Source: an uncultured Candidatus Saccharibacteria bacterium (GTDB lineage: Bacteria > Patescibacteriota > Minisyncoccia > 2-02-FULL-40-12 > GWA2-44-9). Taken from it: a stretch of 64,000 nt of DNA. Location: NCBI GenBank assembly GCA_964491455.1, contig CAZBFM010000001.1:3053-67052 (forward strand), in the 5' to 3' direction. The position numbers were made by a program, and so were the translations under genes. This document shows, in pieces, positions 22,826-34,242 of the stretch (positions within the stretch are counted from its first letter, which is position 1; every line of letters begins with the position of its first letter). The notes beneath the pieces were generated by a model. It saw only the letters and a program-made list of their open reading frames with translations, had not been told where the DNA came from and made no database searches.

Positions 22826-25800
22826 ATGGAACCTCTTACATCTATCAAGATCAAGCTAGCATCTCCCGAGGATATTCTCGGTTGGTCATTTGGTGAAGTC
22901 ACGAAGCCGGAGACAATCAACTATCGAACCCAGAAAGCGGAGCGCGAAGGTCTCTTCTCGGAAGCAATTTTCGGTCCTACAAAGGACTGGGAATGTTACT
23001 GTGGTAAATACAAGCGCGTACGCTACAAGGGAATCATTTGTGATCGTTGTGGCGTTGAAGTCACGCGCGCTATTGTTCGTCGCGAACGCATGGGGCACAT
23101 CAAGCTTGCCGCTCCTGTTGCGCACATTTGGTTCTTGCGCGCCGTCCCCTCGAAGATTGCGGCAATTCTCGGCGTCTCACTTCCTGAGCTCGAACGTGTT
23201 ATTTACTTTGCGTCCTATGTGGTCATGCGCGTCAACGATGACTTGAAGACCGAGGCAATGAAGCGCATTGAGGCGGAGTTTAAGAGTCGCATCAAGAACA
23301 CGACCGACGAGGAAGAGATCGAGAGCCTCAAGGATATGAAGGACCAGGAGCGCAACAACCTCAAGAACTTGCGCAAGTATCAGATTCTCTCTGAACTCGA
23401 TTACCGCGATCTTTCCATGAAGTATGGTGAAGTCTTTGAAGCTGGTATTGGTGCAGAGGCCATCCGTCGTCTTTTGGAGGGCATTGATCTGGTTGAGCTT
23501 GCCAAGGGTATCGAAGCTGATTACAAGCACGAATCCAATCCTCTCGAGGCTCGCAAAACAAGCCGACGCTTGAAGTTGGTCAGTAATATGATTCGAGCAA
23601 GTGTTCGTCCAGAGTGGATGATCATGACGATCTTGCCTGTCATTCCGCCATCACTTCGTCCGATGGTTCCATTGGAAGGTGGACGGTACGCGACATCTGA
23701 CCTCAACGATCTCTATCGCCGCGTCATCAATCGCAACAACCGCCTCAAGCACCTCTTAGAGCTTCACGCTCCTGAGGTTATCGTCAAAAACGAGAAACGT
23801 ATGTTGCAGGAAGCGGTCGATGCGCTCATCGACAACTCAATGCGTCGTGGATCGGCAACAACTGCCGCCACAACGGGTGCCAAGCGTGCGCTCAAGTCGC
23901 TCGCCGACATGCTCAAGGGTAAGGGCGGACGATTCCGTCAGAACTTGCTCGGAAAGCGCGTCGACTATTCTGGCCGCTCGGTTATCGTCGTCGGACCAAA
24001 GCTCGGCATGGGAGAATGTGGTATGCCAAAGCGCGTTGCCTTAGAGCTTTTCAAGCCATTCGTTATTGGAAACCTTATCCGTAAAGCGCTCGCTCACAAC
24101 ATCAAGTCATCCAGTCGTCTCATTGAGCAGGAGCTTCCTGAAGTATGGACCGCATTGGAAGAGGAAATCGAGGGAAAGCTCGTGCTTCTCAACCGCGCAC
24201 CAACGCTTCACCGTCTCTCGGTGCAGGCATTCAAGCCAATCCTCATCGAAGGAAAGGCAATTCAGCTCCCTGCGCTTCCAACAACTGCATTCAACGCTGA
24301 CTTCGATGGAGACCAGATGGCCGTTCACTTACCGCTCACCAAAGAAGCACAGAAAGAAGCGCATGACCTCATGCTTGCAACGCATGGCATTTTGAAGCCA
24401 GCAACAGGCGAGCCTGTGGCAGCTCCAAAGCAGGACATGGTCTTCGGTTGCTACTATCTCACGAGTGTATCGCCAGGTGCGAAGGGAGAGGGCAAAGTGT
24501 TTGGTTCGTTCTCTGATGTTCGTCTTGCTTACGACAACGGTGCAGTCGATTTGCGAGCAATGATCAAGGTGCCATACGAGCTCGACGAGAAGATTACTCG
24601 CCGAAGCCCCATCAAGGACACGATCTCAGAGGCGGGTATCATTGAGACCACTGCAGGACGCATCATCTTTAACGCAAACATTCCCGCGGGCTACCCATTC
24701 GTCAATAAAGTCATGAATGCTACCGACATCAAGATGTTGGAGGGCAGTATTCTCGATGAATACGGCGAGGATGACACCGTGAAATTCCTCAACCGTATCT
24801 CAACACTTGGATTCGGCTACGCAACTGTTTCGGGAATTTCATTGAGTATTGGTGATATCACGTCGCCTGAGGCAAAGCATGAAATCATCGACGAAGCGGA
24901 TGTGATCGTTGAGGGAAATCGCAAGCTCTTCGAAGAGGGTATGTTGACGGAGTACGAGCGCAAATCAAAAGCCATCGAAACGTGGAATGCTGCAAAGGCA
25001 AAGATTTCAGTACTCATCAAGAAGAGCATGGATCCAACGGGAGCTATGTTCATGATTGTCGACTCGAAGAGTCGTGGAAACTGGAGCACACTCGATCAGA
25101 TGTTGGGTATGCGTGGTATTTTCGCCAATCCATCCGGTGAGCTCATTGAGTTGCCGGTGAAGAGCTCGTTCCGTGAGGGTCTCGCGCCACTGGAATACTT
25201 CATTTCAAGTCACGGAGCACGTAAGGGTTTGGTAGATACAGCACTCAAGACCGCATCGGCCGGTTATCTCACGCGACGTCTCGTTGATGCCGCGCAGGAT
25301 ATCGTCGTTCTCGACGAGGATTGTGGCGATAAAGAAGGATATGACATCTGGGCAGAGGATGGTAAGTTCTCGGGAGAACCATTTGCCAAGCGTGTTCGTG
25401 GCCGCACAGCACTCGAGGATGTCAAGGACGAGCAGGGTGAGGTCATCGTGAAGAAGGGTAAGATCATCGAAAAAGATGCAGCACGTCGCATCCAAGAAGC
25501 GGGGATTAGTCGTGTTCGCATTGCTTCAGCTATCACGTGCAATTCATTGGGTGGTATTTGCCGCAAGTGCTATGGCTATGATTTGTCCAAGAATGCGGTC
25601 GTGAAAGTTGGTGAGGCAGTTGGTATTGTTGCTGCACAGGCTATCGGAGAGCCTGGTACTCAGCTGACCATGAAATCCTTCCACACCGGAGGTGTTACGG
25701 GAGGCGCTGATATCACTATGGGATTGCCTCGTGTTGAAGAAATCTTCGAGGCTCGCCCACCGCAATTCAAGGCGCTTATCTCAGAAGTTGAGGGTTCCGT

Positions 25801-26431
25801 GCTGGCAATCGAGGAGCGCGGCAAGCACAAGGCCGTCATTATCGAAGATGGCGAGACCCTCGAGAAACATGAGTATCTCGTTTCTCCAAACGTCGCAATT
25901 GCGGTTCAGCCAGCTGATAAGGTGACGCGTGGTCAGCGACTCTGTGAGGGTCACGTTGACCTCAAGGAGCTCTTTGCTACTACCAACGACCTGAATACCG
26001 TTGCTCGCTATATTATCCGCGAAGTTCAGGCGATTTACTTCCCAACGGGTGATACGATCAACGACAAGCACGTCGAAATCATCGTGCGCCAGATGTTCAG
26101 TCGCGTGAAGATTCTCGATTCAGGTGAGACGGACTTGCTTGCTGGCGATCTCGTTGAGAAGCGCAAGATGCAGTTGGCCAACGTCAATGCACGCGCCGCA
26201 ACGAAGACCGAAGCTACCTATGAGCAGCAGGTTATGGGAATCACCAAGGTGTCGCTCAGTACTGAATCGTTCCTCTCATCGGCATCGTTCCAGGAAACAG
26301 CGAAGGTGCTCATCGAGTCATCGATTGCAGGAAAAGAGGATATTCTCCGTGGATTGAAAGAGAACGTCATCATTGGTCATTTGATCCCAGCAGGAACAGG
26401 ACTCAAGGCGAAGACCGACGTAACGCTCTAA
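22826..26431 (+). CDS. rpoC: DNA-directed RNA polymerase subunit beta prime
   Basis: 1201 aa; zinc finger CxxC…Cxx[13 protein letters not shown] catalytic motif. Confidence 0.95.
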   Translation: MEPLTSIKIKLASPEDILGWSFGEVTKPETINYRTQKAEREGLFSEAIFGPTKDWECYCGKYKRVRYKGIICDRCGVEVTRAIVRRERMGHIKLAAPVAHIWFLRAVPSKIAAILGVSLPELERVIYFASYVVMRVNDDLKTEAMKRIEAEFKSRIKNTTDEEEIESLKDMKDQERNNLKNLRKYQILSELDYRDLSMKYGEVFEAGIGAEAIRRLLEGIDLVELAKGIEADYKHESNPLEARKTSRRLKLVSNMIRASVRPEWMIMTILPVIPPSLRPMVPLEGGRYATSDLNDLYRRVINRNNRLKHLLELHAPEVIVKNEKRMLQEAVDALIDNSMRRGSATTAATTGAKRALKSLADMLKGKGGRFRQNLLGKRVDYSGRSVIVVGPKLGMGECGMPKRVALELFKPFVIGNLIRKALAHNIKSSSRLIEQELPEVWTALEEEIEGKLVLLNRAPTLHRLSVQAFKPILIEGKAIQLPALPTTAFNADFDGDQMAVHLPLTKEAQKEAHDLMLATHGILKPATGEPVAAPKQDMVFGCYYLTSVSPGAKGEGKVFGSFSDVRLAYDNGAVDLRAMIKVPYELDEKITRRSPIKDTISEAGIIETTAGRIIFNANIPAGYPFVNKVMNATDIKMLEGSILDEYGEDDTVKFLNRISTLGFGYATVSGISLSIGDITSPEAKHEIIDEADVIVEGNRKLFEEGMLTEYERKSKAIETWNAAKAKISVLIKKSMDPTGAMFMIVDSKSRGNWSTLDQMLGMRGIFANPSGELIELPVKSSFREGLAPLEYFISSHGARKGLVDTALKTASAGYLTRRLVDAAQDIVVLDEDCGDKEGYDIWAEDGKFSGEPFAKRVRGRTALEDVKDEQGEVIVKKGKIIEKDAARRIQEAGISRVRIASAITCNSLGGICRKCYGYDLSKNAVVKVGEAVGIVAAQAIGEPGTQLTMKSFHTGGVTGGADITMGLPRVEEIFEARPPQFKALISEVEGSVLAIEERGKHKAVIIEDGETLEKHEYLVSPNVAIAVQPADKVTRGQRLCEGHVDLKELFATTNDLNTVARYIIREVQAIYFPTGDTINDKHVEIIVRQMFSRVKILDSGETDLLAGDLVEKRKMQLANVNARAATKTEATYEQQVMGITKVSLSTESFLSSASFQETAKVLIESSIAGKEDILRGLKENVIIGHLIPAGTGLKAKTDVTL

Positions 26432-26445
26432 TCGTTACCAACAAA

Positions 26446-26475
26446 AAGACATCCCCTGGGGATGTCTTTTTGTTG
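26446..26475 (+). terminator. intrinsic terminator after rpoC (gacatcccctggggatgtc + T-run)
   Basis: hairpin plus tttttgtt. Confidence 0.6.
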
Positions 26476-26494
26476 CCAGTGGGATATACTACTT

Positions 26495-28726
26495 ATGTAT
26501 TCTCACGCATTTCACGTGGCCAAACACAAGAAAAAGGGGAAGCGAGGAGACGGAGCTGATGACGAGGGTGGTTTTGAGATAGGAATATCGCAGGAGACTC
26601 GCAATTCGATTGCCGGTATTTTTTGCTTTCTCATTGTCATTGTTAGTATTCTGGCGTTTGCGGGTAAGGCCGGAAGTGCTGGTATTTATTTTGATATTAC
26701 GATTCGTAGTCTGTTCGGTTGGGGATTTTTCATAGTTCCCATTGCGTTTACGATGTTAGGTGTCGCCTTCATCAAATCAATTCACCGTCAGGTCGCAACG
26801 TCAGCACTGTTTGGAACGCTCCTTTTTGTACTTTCCGTGTTGGGCGTGTTCTATAGCATTGGTGAGGGGGACAGTGCTCGTCGGTTGTTGCAGGGTGGAT
26901 ATCTCGGACTCGGACTTGGGTGGCCACTCTTTACCTTCGTGGGATTTTGGGCGGCCATGGTTATCCTCGTTGGCCTCGTCGTCGTGTCCGTACTCCTTAC
27001 CCTCGATGTGCCAATCTATCAACTGTTTGTCCGATCAACAGAGGAAGAGGACTTTGCAAAAGAAAAAGAGATGTCTGAAAAGGATATCAAAGAGCTTGTC
27101 GTGAAATCAGGCGGCAAACCAATTGAAGAGCGGCCAATGGTGGCGGCAGCCCCCGTCGCAAAGCCGCGTGAAGAAGTGAAGCAGAGCGAATTCGTTATTA
27201 AGGCGCTGAAATCAGGCAATTGGAAGACGCCACCAACGGAATTTTTGAGTGAAGACCAGGATCACGCATCAAGTGGCGATATTAATGCGTCAGCCGCGAT
27301 CATCAAGCGCACACTTGCGAACTTTGGCATTGAAGTTGAAATGGGAGAGGTTTCTGTGGGGCCGACGGTTACACAGTACACCATGCGTCCTGCGGTTGGC
27401 GTAAAGCTCTCTCGCATCACCACACTGACATCCGATCTTTCCCTTGCGCTTGCGGCTCATCCGCTGCGTATCGAGGCTCCAATCCCGGGTAAATCTCTTG
27501 TGGGCATCGAGGTGCCAAATAAGAAGGTTTCCTTGGTGGGTATGCGCAACATGCTCGAGCACGAGGAATTCAAGAAGTCGAAATTTATGTTGCCGCTCGC
27601 ATTAGGTCGTGACGTATCTGGTGAGGCTATCTTTGCAGGACTCGATAAGATGCCACATATCGTGATCGCTGGGCAGACCGGCTCTGGTAAATCGGTCACC
27701 ATTCACGACGTCATCTTGTCGATGTTGTACAAGTATAGTCCTGAGCTTCTCCGGTTCATCATGGTTGATCCGAAGCGTGTTGAGCTTACGCTGTATGATG
27801 GTATACCGCACTTGCTCAAGCCTGTTATCACGGAAAATAAAAAGGTCCCGCCAGTTCTCAAGCAGCTCGTGATGGAGATGGACCAGCGCTATCAGCTTTT
27901 CTCGGAGGCGAAAGTCCGAGATGTCGTTGGGTATAATGATTGGGCGTCCAAGAAGGACAAGCAAATCATGCCGTTCATCGTTGTTGTCATCGACGAAATG
28001 GCAGACCTCATGAAGACGTATGGCAAAGAGGTGGAGCCTGCCATCGTTCGTTTGGCGCAAATGGCACGCGCCGTTGGTATTCACCTTGTTCTTGCGACGC
28101 AACGGCCTGAGGTTTCAGTGCTCACAGGATTGATTAAGGCAAACGTCAATGCTCGTATCGCGCTTCGCGTGGCCAACCAGCTCAACTCTCGCATTATTAT
28201 TGATACCAATGGTGCGGAAGCACTTCTTGGAAATGGTGACATGCTTTTTGTTGGTTCTGATACGGCAATGCCACGACGCCTACAGGGTCCGTTTGTTGCC
28301 ACGCATGAGATTGAGGCGGTGGTGCGATTTATCAAGGAGCAAGCAGAGGAGTTAGGAATCCAAGCCGAGACGGATCAGCTGGCTGAATCATTCGATAAGC
28401 CAGCCCAGGCGGGAGGTGCGATGCTTGGGAATATGGGTGATTCTGATGACGTAGAGGATGAGCGTTTTGAAGAGGCAAAGCTACTCGTCATTGAGCTCCA
28501 GAAGGCATCTGCTTCGCTGCTGCAGCGTCGCATGGGCCTCGGTTATGCTCGTGCAGCCCGCATGCTTGATATCTTGGAGTCCAAGGGCATCATCGGGCCA
28601 GGAGACGGAGCCAAGCCTCGGCAGGTCTACCTTAGTAAAGAGGGCGCACTCGTAGGGGGACCGGCGCTGCAGGTTGAGTCTGGTATGCACGCGGATACGC
28701 CGGAGTCAGAGCAGCTAAATCCATAA
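26495..28726 (+). CDS. ftsK: DNA translocase FtsK/SpoIIIE
   Basis: N-terminal TM segments; Walker A IAGQTGSGKS, Walker B VVIDEMADL, C-terminal gamma-like winged helix (LLQRRMGLGYARAARMLDILESKGIIG). Confidence 0.9.
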   Translation: MYSHAFHVAKHKKKGKRGDGADDEGGFEIGISQETRNSIAGIFCFLIVIVSILAFAGKAGSAGIYFDITIRSLFGWGFFIVPIAFTMLGVAFIKSIHRQVATSALFGTLLFVLSVLGVFYSIGEGDSARRLLQGGYLGLGLGWPLFTFVGFWAAMVILVGLVVVSVLLTLDVPIYQLFVRSTEEEDFAKEKEMSEKDIKELVVKSGGKPIEERPMVAAAPVAKPREEVKQSEFVIKALKSGNWKTPPTEFLSEDQDHASSGDINASAAIIKRTLANFGIEVEMGEVSVGPTVTQYTMRPAVGVKLSRITTLTSDLSLALAAHPLRIEAPIPGKSLVGIEVPNKKVSLVGMRNMLEHEEFKKSKFMLPLALGRDVSGEAIFAGLDKMPHIVIAGQTGSGKSVTIHDVILSMLYKYSPELLRFIMVDPKRVELTLYDGIPHLLKPVITENKKVPPVLKQLVMEMDQRYQLFSEAKVRDVVGYNDWASKKDKQIMPFIVVVIDEMADLMKTYGKEVEPAIVRLAQMARAVGIHLVLATQRPEVSVLTGLIKANVNARIALRVANQLNSRIIIDTNGAEALLGNGDMLFVGSDTAMPRRLQGPFVATHEIEAVVRFIKEQAEELGIQAETDQLAESFDKPAQAGGAMLGNMGDSDDVEDERFEEAKLLVIELQKASASLLQRRMGLGYARAARMLDILESKGIIGPGDGAKPRQVYLSKEGALVGGPALQVESGMHADTPESEQLNP

Positions 28727-28735
28727 TATAACCAC

Positions 28736-29197
28736 GTGATGTCGTATCTTTTTTCAATCGTTCTTGCGCAAGGCATCGGAGGATTGGGTGCGCTGTTTAC
28801 GTCGTCCAAGATCGCAACATGGTACGAGACGCTTCTCAAGCCTACGTGGACGCCTCCAGGTTGGGTGTTCGGTCCCATCTGGACGACGCTGTATCTGCTG
28901 ATGGCAATTGCGGCTGCGCGCATCTGGAATGTTCGTGGTTCTTCTGCGCTCGTTCGAGGTGCCCTCGTGCTCTATGGTCTCCAGCTGCTACTTAATCTCC
29001 TTTGGTCGATACTCTTTTTTGGACTCGAGTCACCAGCACTAGGCTTACTCGGTATTGTGTTGCTTTGGATTGTTATCGTTGCGACCATTATTGTGTTTTG
29101 GCGTATCGATACGATATCTGGTGTGCTGTTGTTACCGTACATCGTGTGGGTAAGCATTGCGATGACCCTCAACTACAGGATATTTGTACTTAATTAA
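28736..29197 (+). CDS. tspO: TspO/MBR family tryptophan-rich sensory protein
   Basis: 153 aa; 5 TM; W-rich motifs (WYETLLKPTWTPPGWVFGPIWTTLY). Confidence 0.8.
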   Translation: MMSYLFSIVLAQGIGGLGALFTSSKIATWYETLLKPTWTPPGWVFGPIWTTLYLLMAIAAARIWNVRGSSALVRGALVLYGLQLLLNLLWSILFFGLESPALGLLGIVLLWIVIVATIIVFWRIDTISGVLLLPYIVWVSIAMTLNYRIFVLN

Positions 29198-29208
29198 TTC
29201 ATACAAAC

Positions 29209-29637
29209 ATGACGATTTCATGGAATGAATCGCTAGCGATGGGTCTGCCCGTTATCGATGAACAGCACAAGCGCTTTGTTGAGTTACTAGCAAAGTTGGA
29301 GAGCGCTATCGATACGCGCAACGAATCGACCCACCTCATTGACGTGTTCGATGAATTAGCGCTCTACGTGCGATATCATTTTTCTGAAGAAGAGCAGCGT
29401 TTTAATGAATTCATGTGCTATGAACACGCTCAGGAGCACCGTGCCGTTCATGAGGCATTTACGAAGCACGTGCAAGAGCTACGTTACCAATTTCTGGATG
29501 ATAGCTTTCACGGTGCTCAAGCACTTGCAAAGACGATGTTTGATTGGCTTCGCGAGCACATCGCAAAAATGGATCGCGAATACGAGGCGTGTTTCCGTGC
29601 TCATGGAATGGGCGAGTCCTCTATACCGAAGGCTTAA
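29209..29637 (+). CDS. hemerythrin-like metal-binding protein (bacteriohemerythrin)
   Basis: 142 aa; W…GLPVIDEQHKRF…H…H…EE…H…H pattern. Confidence 0.7.
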   Translation: MTISWNESLAMGLPVIDEQHKRFVELLAKLESAIDTRNESTHLIDVFDELALYVRYHFSEEEQRFNEFMCYEHAQEHRAVHEAFTKHVQELRYQFLDDSFHGAQALAKTMFDWLREHIAKMDREYEACFRAHGMGESSIPKA

Positions 29638-30329
29638 TTGGCTTGCGCCTTGAGTGCAGCCACTTGCGACTCAGTGAGAGCGCGGAAAGCGCCCGGCTTG
29701 AGGTCTCCAAGTGTTATTGGGCCAATGCGAAGGCGTCGAAGTTGTACGACGGTGAGATGGAGAAATTCACACATGCGACGAATTTGATGCTTGCGCCCTT
29801 CGCGGATGATGATACGAAATCGATGTGGTCCGATAAGCTTGGTTTGGCAGGGGAGTGTTGGGCCGTCTTCAAGTGTGATGCCAGGTTCAAGTTTCTTGAG
29901 TCGTCCAGCGTTCACATCTTCGCGAACGGTAACTTCATATTCTTTTTCAACTGCGTGGGCATCCCCGGTGACAGCCTTTGCGATGACGCCGTCTTCGGAG
30001 AGGAGGAGGAGGCCTTCGCTTGCCTTGTCGAGACGACCGATGATGTCGAGATTTTCAAATTGAGGAAAGAGATCGTATACGTTCTTGCCTTCGGACGCTA
30101 TGCGGGATGATGCGATGCCGCGGGGTTTGTAGAGAATAATAGATTGCTTCTTTGCTATTTCACGCTGACCGAATGGGAGTACGGTGACTGTATCGGTGCT
30201 AGGATTCATCTGGACGCCCATTTCGCGCACCACAACCCCATTGAGCGCCACAAGGCCCCTCTTGATGAGGTCTTCGGCTTCACGGCGGGAGCAGATGCCT
30301 TGTTCGGAGAGATACTTCTGAATACGCAT
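29634..30329 (-). CDS. pseudouridine synthase, RsuA/RluB family (S4 domain plus catalytic domain)
   Basis: MRIQKYLSEQGICSRREAEDLI…; GRLDKASEGLLLL catalytic Asp motif; GRKHQIRRM. Confidence 0.85.
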   Translation of the reverse strand: MRIQKYLSEQGICSRREAEDLIKRGLVALNGVVVREMGVQMNPSTDTVTVLPFGQREIAKKQSIILYKPRGIASSRIASEGKNVYDLFPQFENLDIIGRLDKASEGLLLLSEDGVIAKAVTGDAHAVEKEYEVTVREDVNAGRLKKLEPGITLEDGPTLPCQTKLIGPHRFRIIIREGRKHQIRRMCEFLHLTVVQLRRLRIGPITLGDLKPGAFRALTESQVAALKAQAN

Positions 30330-30428
30330 AGTTATATAATATAATAAAATTAAGGAATAGTCAATAATGTTACCCTCATCAACAGCATGGTTCTTGCTGG
30401 TCAGGAAGCGTAGGTATATTGTATCTCT

Positions 30429-30893
30429 ATGGCTCTCATCGCATCGTTTATCGCACCACAGGAATGGGAGGTATTCATCCGACTCTTCGCCGCGATGGTG
30501 TTGGGCGTGGCGATTGGTTTAGAGCGAGAACGCTGGGGGAAAATTGCTGGGCTACGCACGCACACTCTGGTGTCGCTCGGTGCGGCCTTGTTTACGATTA
30601 TTTCATTGAAGCTCTACGAATCGTTTCCGTCATTGGGCGGCGTGCAGGGATTTGATTATCACATTATTGCCAATATTATCGTAGGAATCGGATTTATCGG
30701 CGCGGGTACTATTCTGCGTCTCGACGATCGTATTGTCGGTACAACCACGGCTGCGTCTCTGTGGGTTGTCGCGGCAATCGGCATTGCATGCGGCCTCGGA
30801 TTCTTCTGGGAAGCCATGATCACCGCTGGTATGTCGTATCTCGTACTGGCGGTGCTTGGAAGGCTCGAAAAGCGCATGCATTCGCATCGCTAG
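30429..30893 (+). CDS. MgtC/SapB family membrane protein
   Basis: 154 aa; GLERE…AGLRTHTLVSLGAA signature. Confidence 0.8.
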   Translation: MALIASFIAPQEWEVFIRLFAAMVLGVAIGLERERWGKIAGLRTHTLVSLGAALFTIISLKLYESFPSLGGVQGFDYHIIANIIVGIGFIGAGTILRLDDRIVGTTTAASLWVVAAIGIACGLGFFWEAMITAGMSYLVLAVLGRLEKRMHSHR

Positions 30894-30958
30894 GATTGCG
30901 CGGGGTGTCGTTCGCCGAGGCTTGCAAAAACCTCGGTTTTGTAGTATAATGGGTACCT

Positions 30959-32047
30959 ATGAAATCAACCTTAGCTACCTACTTTCATGAGGCAGAAAAG
31001 GCGGGCTTATCACTGTCTGAGGCTGCTCGTGCTCTTGAGCAGTCAGGCTGGACGGTGCAGCTCGTGGCCAATGAACTTCGTTCTGCGAGCGTGGCCGCAC
31101 CCGTTGTGGCACCACTTGCACCTGCTGCCGACTCGATGGTCATTCGCGTGCAGGGTCTCTCGAAGCGGTACGGAACCTTTACGGCCGTCAACGACATCTC
31201 CTTTGATGTGCGTCGCGGTGAGATATTCGGCATCCTTGGACCAAACGGTGCAGGCAAGACGACTACACTGGAAATGATTGAAGGTCTTCGGTTGCCGACA
31301 ATGGGAACTGCAATCATCGATGGTATCGATGTGGTGCGCTGCCCACACGATGTCAAAGCGATTATCGGGGTTCAACCACAAGCATCCGCATTTTTTGAAG
31401 GGTTAACACTTCGGGAAACGTTGGAGATGTTCGCGGCACTCTACGACCGAACGGTTGACCCCATGGTAATGCTTGCTGAGGTTCAGCTCACTGAAAAGGC
31501 CGATGCGCAGGTCAAGGAGCTTTCTGGTGGTCAAAGGCAGCGCTTCTCGATCGCGGTGGGACTGGTGAATGAGCCAACGGTTCTCTTTTTGGATGAACCG
31601 ACGACAGGATTGGACCCTCAGGCGCGACGAAATCTTTGGGAGCTGGTCCGTCAGATTAATGCGCGTGGCACCACGGTTGTGCTCACCACGCACTATATGG
31701 ATGAAGCCGAAGAGCTCTGCGATCGTATCGCAGTCATGGATAACGCACATATTGTTGCTCTTGATACGACCGAGCGATTGCTTGCTGATCATGGTGGTGA
31801 TGCGGCGATTGAGTTTACCGCGCCCGCCTCGGTACAGACGGATGTATTAGCAGGCCTTGCCGGTGTAACGCATGTGACGCAGCATGACGATCAGCACATC
31901 TTGCGTACATCGGATCCAAAACAAACGCTTGATCAGCTTTTTGGAGCCGGCCGCACACATGGATTTGCTATCGACGGATTAGCGTTTAAGCGCGCTACGC
32001 TCGAAGACGTATTCCTAAAGCTAACCGGTCACGCATTACGCGACTAA
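30959..32047 (+). CDS. ABC transporter ATP-binding protein (ABC-2 exporter type) with about 60-aa N-terminal UBA-like extension
   Basis: Walker A GPNGAGKTT, signature LSGGQRQR, Walker B LFLDEPTTGLD. Confidence 0.9.
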   Translation: MKSTLATYFHEAEKAGLSLSEAARALEQSGWTVQLVANELRSASVAAPVVAPLAPAADSMVIRVQGLSKRYGTFTAVNDISFDVRRGEIFGILGPNGAGKTTTLEMIEGLRLPTMGTAIIDGIDVVRCPHDVKAIIGVQPQASAFFEGLTLRETLEMFAALYDRTVDPMVMLAEVQLTEKADAQVKELSGGQRQRFSIAVGLVNEPTVLFLDEPTTGLDPQARRNLWELVRQINARGTTVVLTTHYMDEAEELCDRIAVMDNAHIVALDTTERLLADHGGDAAIEFTAPASVQTDVLAGLAGVTHVTQHDDQHILRTSDPKQTLDQLFGAGRTHGFAIDGLAFKRATLEDVFLKLTGHALRD

Positions 32048-32052
32048 CACCT

Positions 32053-33147
32053 ATGAACACATTCATCGCACTTCTCAAGTCCTCTGCTCGCATCTTCGTT
32101 CGCAGTAAGCAGGCACTCTTCTTTAGCCTCTTTATGCCATTGGTAATCATGGTTATTTTTGGCATGGTTGGCTTCGATAAGGCACAGCAATACGATGTTG
32201 GCCTCGTCGTGGATGCGCCAGCGCCACAGACTGCCGCGTATGTTGCGCAGCTCAAGGACTTCGGATTATTCAAGATTCATGACGGATCACTAGTGGATGA
32301 GCAGAAAGCACTCAAAGATGGCGACCGTAGTGTCGTGGTGGTGATGCCATCGAATTTTATCGATGCCGCGGTCCAGTCACCGCAACAGTTGACCGTATAC
32401 GTGAATGAATCACAGCCGGCGCAGTCACAGGCAATTTTGTCGATTCTCAACCAAACACTTGATAAGACAAGCATTGCACTCGCGGGTGGTCATCAATATT
32501 TTTCGGTGATTCAAGAAAAGGTTGATTCTCGTAATTTGCGATACATCGATTTCTTGTTGCCAGGACTCATCGGTATGTCGGTCATGCAGATGTCCGTGTT
32601 TTCGGTCGCCTTCTTGTTTGTACAGTATAAGGAGAAGGGAGTCTTGCGCCGCCTTTCTGCTACGCCGATGAAGCCATTCCAGTTCGTTGCCGCAAATGCA
32701 GTCACGCGCCTTGCAATGTCCGTCGTGCAAACAATCATCTTCATTGTGATGGGTGTCATCATGCTGGATGCGACCGTTGTTGGTTCCTATTGGTTGATTC
32801 TCTTAAGCGTTCTCTTGGGGGCCTTGATGTTTTTGGGCATGGGCTTCACCATTTCGGGTGTCGCCAGGACAGTCGAATCGGTCCCTGCGTTGGCAAATCT
32901 CATTGTGTTCCCCATGCTTTTCTTGGGCGGTACCTTTTTCCCAATCTCGGGCATGCCATCATGGCTGCAATCGATTGCAAAGTTCTTGCCATTGTCATTT
33001 TTCTCTACGTCGTTGCGTGAAGTGATGACAAAGGACGCCGGATTCGGGGCAATCAAGTATGACTTACTTGGTATGGTTGTGTGGAGTGTAGTCTTGATCA
33101 CTGCCGCTACATTCACATTCGGTTTTCAGGAGCGCGAGAACGCGTAG
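32053..33147 (+). CDS. ABC-2 family transporter permease
   Basis: 364 aa; 6 TM; adjacent to ATPase. Confidence 0.8.
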   Translation: MNTFIALLKSSARIFVRSKQALFFSLFMPLVIMVIFGMVGFDKAQQYDVGLVVDAPAPQTAAYVAQLKDFGLFKIHDGSLVDEQKALKDGDRSVVVVMPSNFIDAAVQSPQQLTVYVNESQPAQSQAILSILNQTLDKTSIALAGGHQYFSVIQEKVDSRNLRYIDFLLPGLIGMSVMQMSVFSVAFLFVQYKEKGVLRRLSATPMKPFQFVAANAVTRLAMSVVQTIIFIVMGVIMLDATVVGSYWLILLSVLLGALMFLGMGFTISGVARTVESVPALANLIVFPMLFLGGTFFPISGMPSWLQSIAKFLPLSFFSTSLREVMTKDAGFGAIKYDLLGMVVWSVVLITAATFTFGFQERENA

Positions 33148-33162
33148 GTGAGTATGATAAAG

Positions 33163-33222
33163 GGGAGCCACATGGCTCCCCTTTGAAGTCTGGCTACGCT
33201 ACATGGTGTAGCCAGACTTCGA
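33163..33222. terminator. two adjacent hairpins forming a bidirectional terminator region
   Basis: ggggagccacatggctcccc and agtctggctacgctacatggtgtagccagact, between convergent genes. Confidence 0.5.
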
Positions 33223-33321
33223 GTGCTTCTTGCGACGACCCTTGCGGCGGGCAGCCCGCTTGGCCGCCCAGCCAGAACCGATCTTGTTGGGCCCGCGCTT
33301 GAGGCGGGCCATACGTGCCTT
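33199..33321 (-). CDS. small highly basic protein (41 aa, MKARMARLKRGPNKIGSGWAAKRAARRKGRRKKHSKSGYTM), not in ORF track
   Basis: own TTGACT-N17-TATTAT promoter (about 33380-33410, minus strand), AAAGGAGA RBS 5 nt before ATG, terminator hairpin downstream; ribosomal-protein-like composition but no confident family. Confidence 0.4.
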   Translation of the reverse strand, partial: KARMARLKRGPNKIGSGWAAKRAARRKGRRKKHSKSGYTM

Positions 33322-33461
33322 CATGACTTCTCCTTTCACCTGCTCGCCATGAGCAGCGTGAACTTATAATAGCATAGTATGATATAAAAGTCAATAGTCG
33401 AGATGTGGGCGGCTATGCATGCAGTTAAAAGCGTGGTATAATAGGTATTTGCACATCAACA

Positions 33462-34175
33462 ATGGAGGTAGTCGTGAATCTACTTGTGGTCGTACTGCTC
33501 CAGTCAGCGATTCTGACGGTTCCACCGGAGACATCAGTTGAGGTGGTTCGCTTGGCAATGATGGGTCGCCTTCAGCGCGATGTGCATCGCCAAATCCGCG
33601 GTGCGCGGTGGATCAAAGAGCGTATTGATAAGGATATAACAAATCCCAACACTCCCCGCATCGAGCATCGAGAGCGGTATGACGTGTATGGAGATGGATC
33701 GCGCATGGTGCAGCGCAAAACAATGCGAGACGGCGTGGTGGTGCGTGAACAGTCGCAGCAGCTTCCATTCTTCATTGAACCATCCCTGCTCGAGAAGTTT
33801 GAATTTACGTTCACGGAGCCATTCAATGTGCCCTGCGGCGAGCATGAATGTTGGCGTCTGTCGTTTGCTCCGAAGCCGAGTCTCACAGAGCGTACGGATG
33901 ATGAAGATCGAAAGATGTTTGCCACCTCTGCTGGGACCCTCTTGGTAGAAAAGTCGACGAATGCCATTGTTCGCGTCGATGCTCATATGACGCAACCACT
34001 CCGCACCTGGCTCTACACGGTCGCCTGGTCAACAGTGACTATCACACAATCATTTCATGAGGGAGTCGCTGTGGTGGCGACGATAGAGATGAGCTATGCG
34101 TATAGTACGTTCTTCAGTCATAAGGTGAAGCGTCGCTTCTACCGTACCGTCGATGTCCGCATGCCCCCGTCGTAA
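33462..34175 (+). CDS. hypothetical protein with hydrophobic N-terminus (possible secreted/lipoprotein)
   Basis: 237 aa ORF followed by terminator. Confidence 0.45.
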   Translation: MEVVVNLLVVVLLQSAILTVPPETSVEVVRLAMMGRLQRDVHRQIRGARWIKERIDKDITNPNTPRIEHRERYDVYGDGSRMVQRKTMRDGVVVREQSQQLPFFIEPSLLEKFEFTFTEPFNVPCGEHECWRLSFAPKPSLTERTDDEDRKMFATSAGTLLVEKSTNAIVRVDAHMTQPLRTWLYTVAWSTVTITQSFHEGVAVVATIEMSYAYSTFFSHKVKRRFYRTVDVRMPPS

Positions 34176-34195
34176 GACGGGGGTTGTTCTTTGTT
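34162..34195 (+). terminator. intrinsic terminator (cccccgtcgtaagacggggg + T-rich)
   Basis: hairpin plus ttgttctttgtt. Confidence 0.55.
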
Positions 34196-34242
34196 GCGCG
34201 ATTTTACCTGCTTGCTATGCTGGCGGAACTAATCCTCCAACC

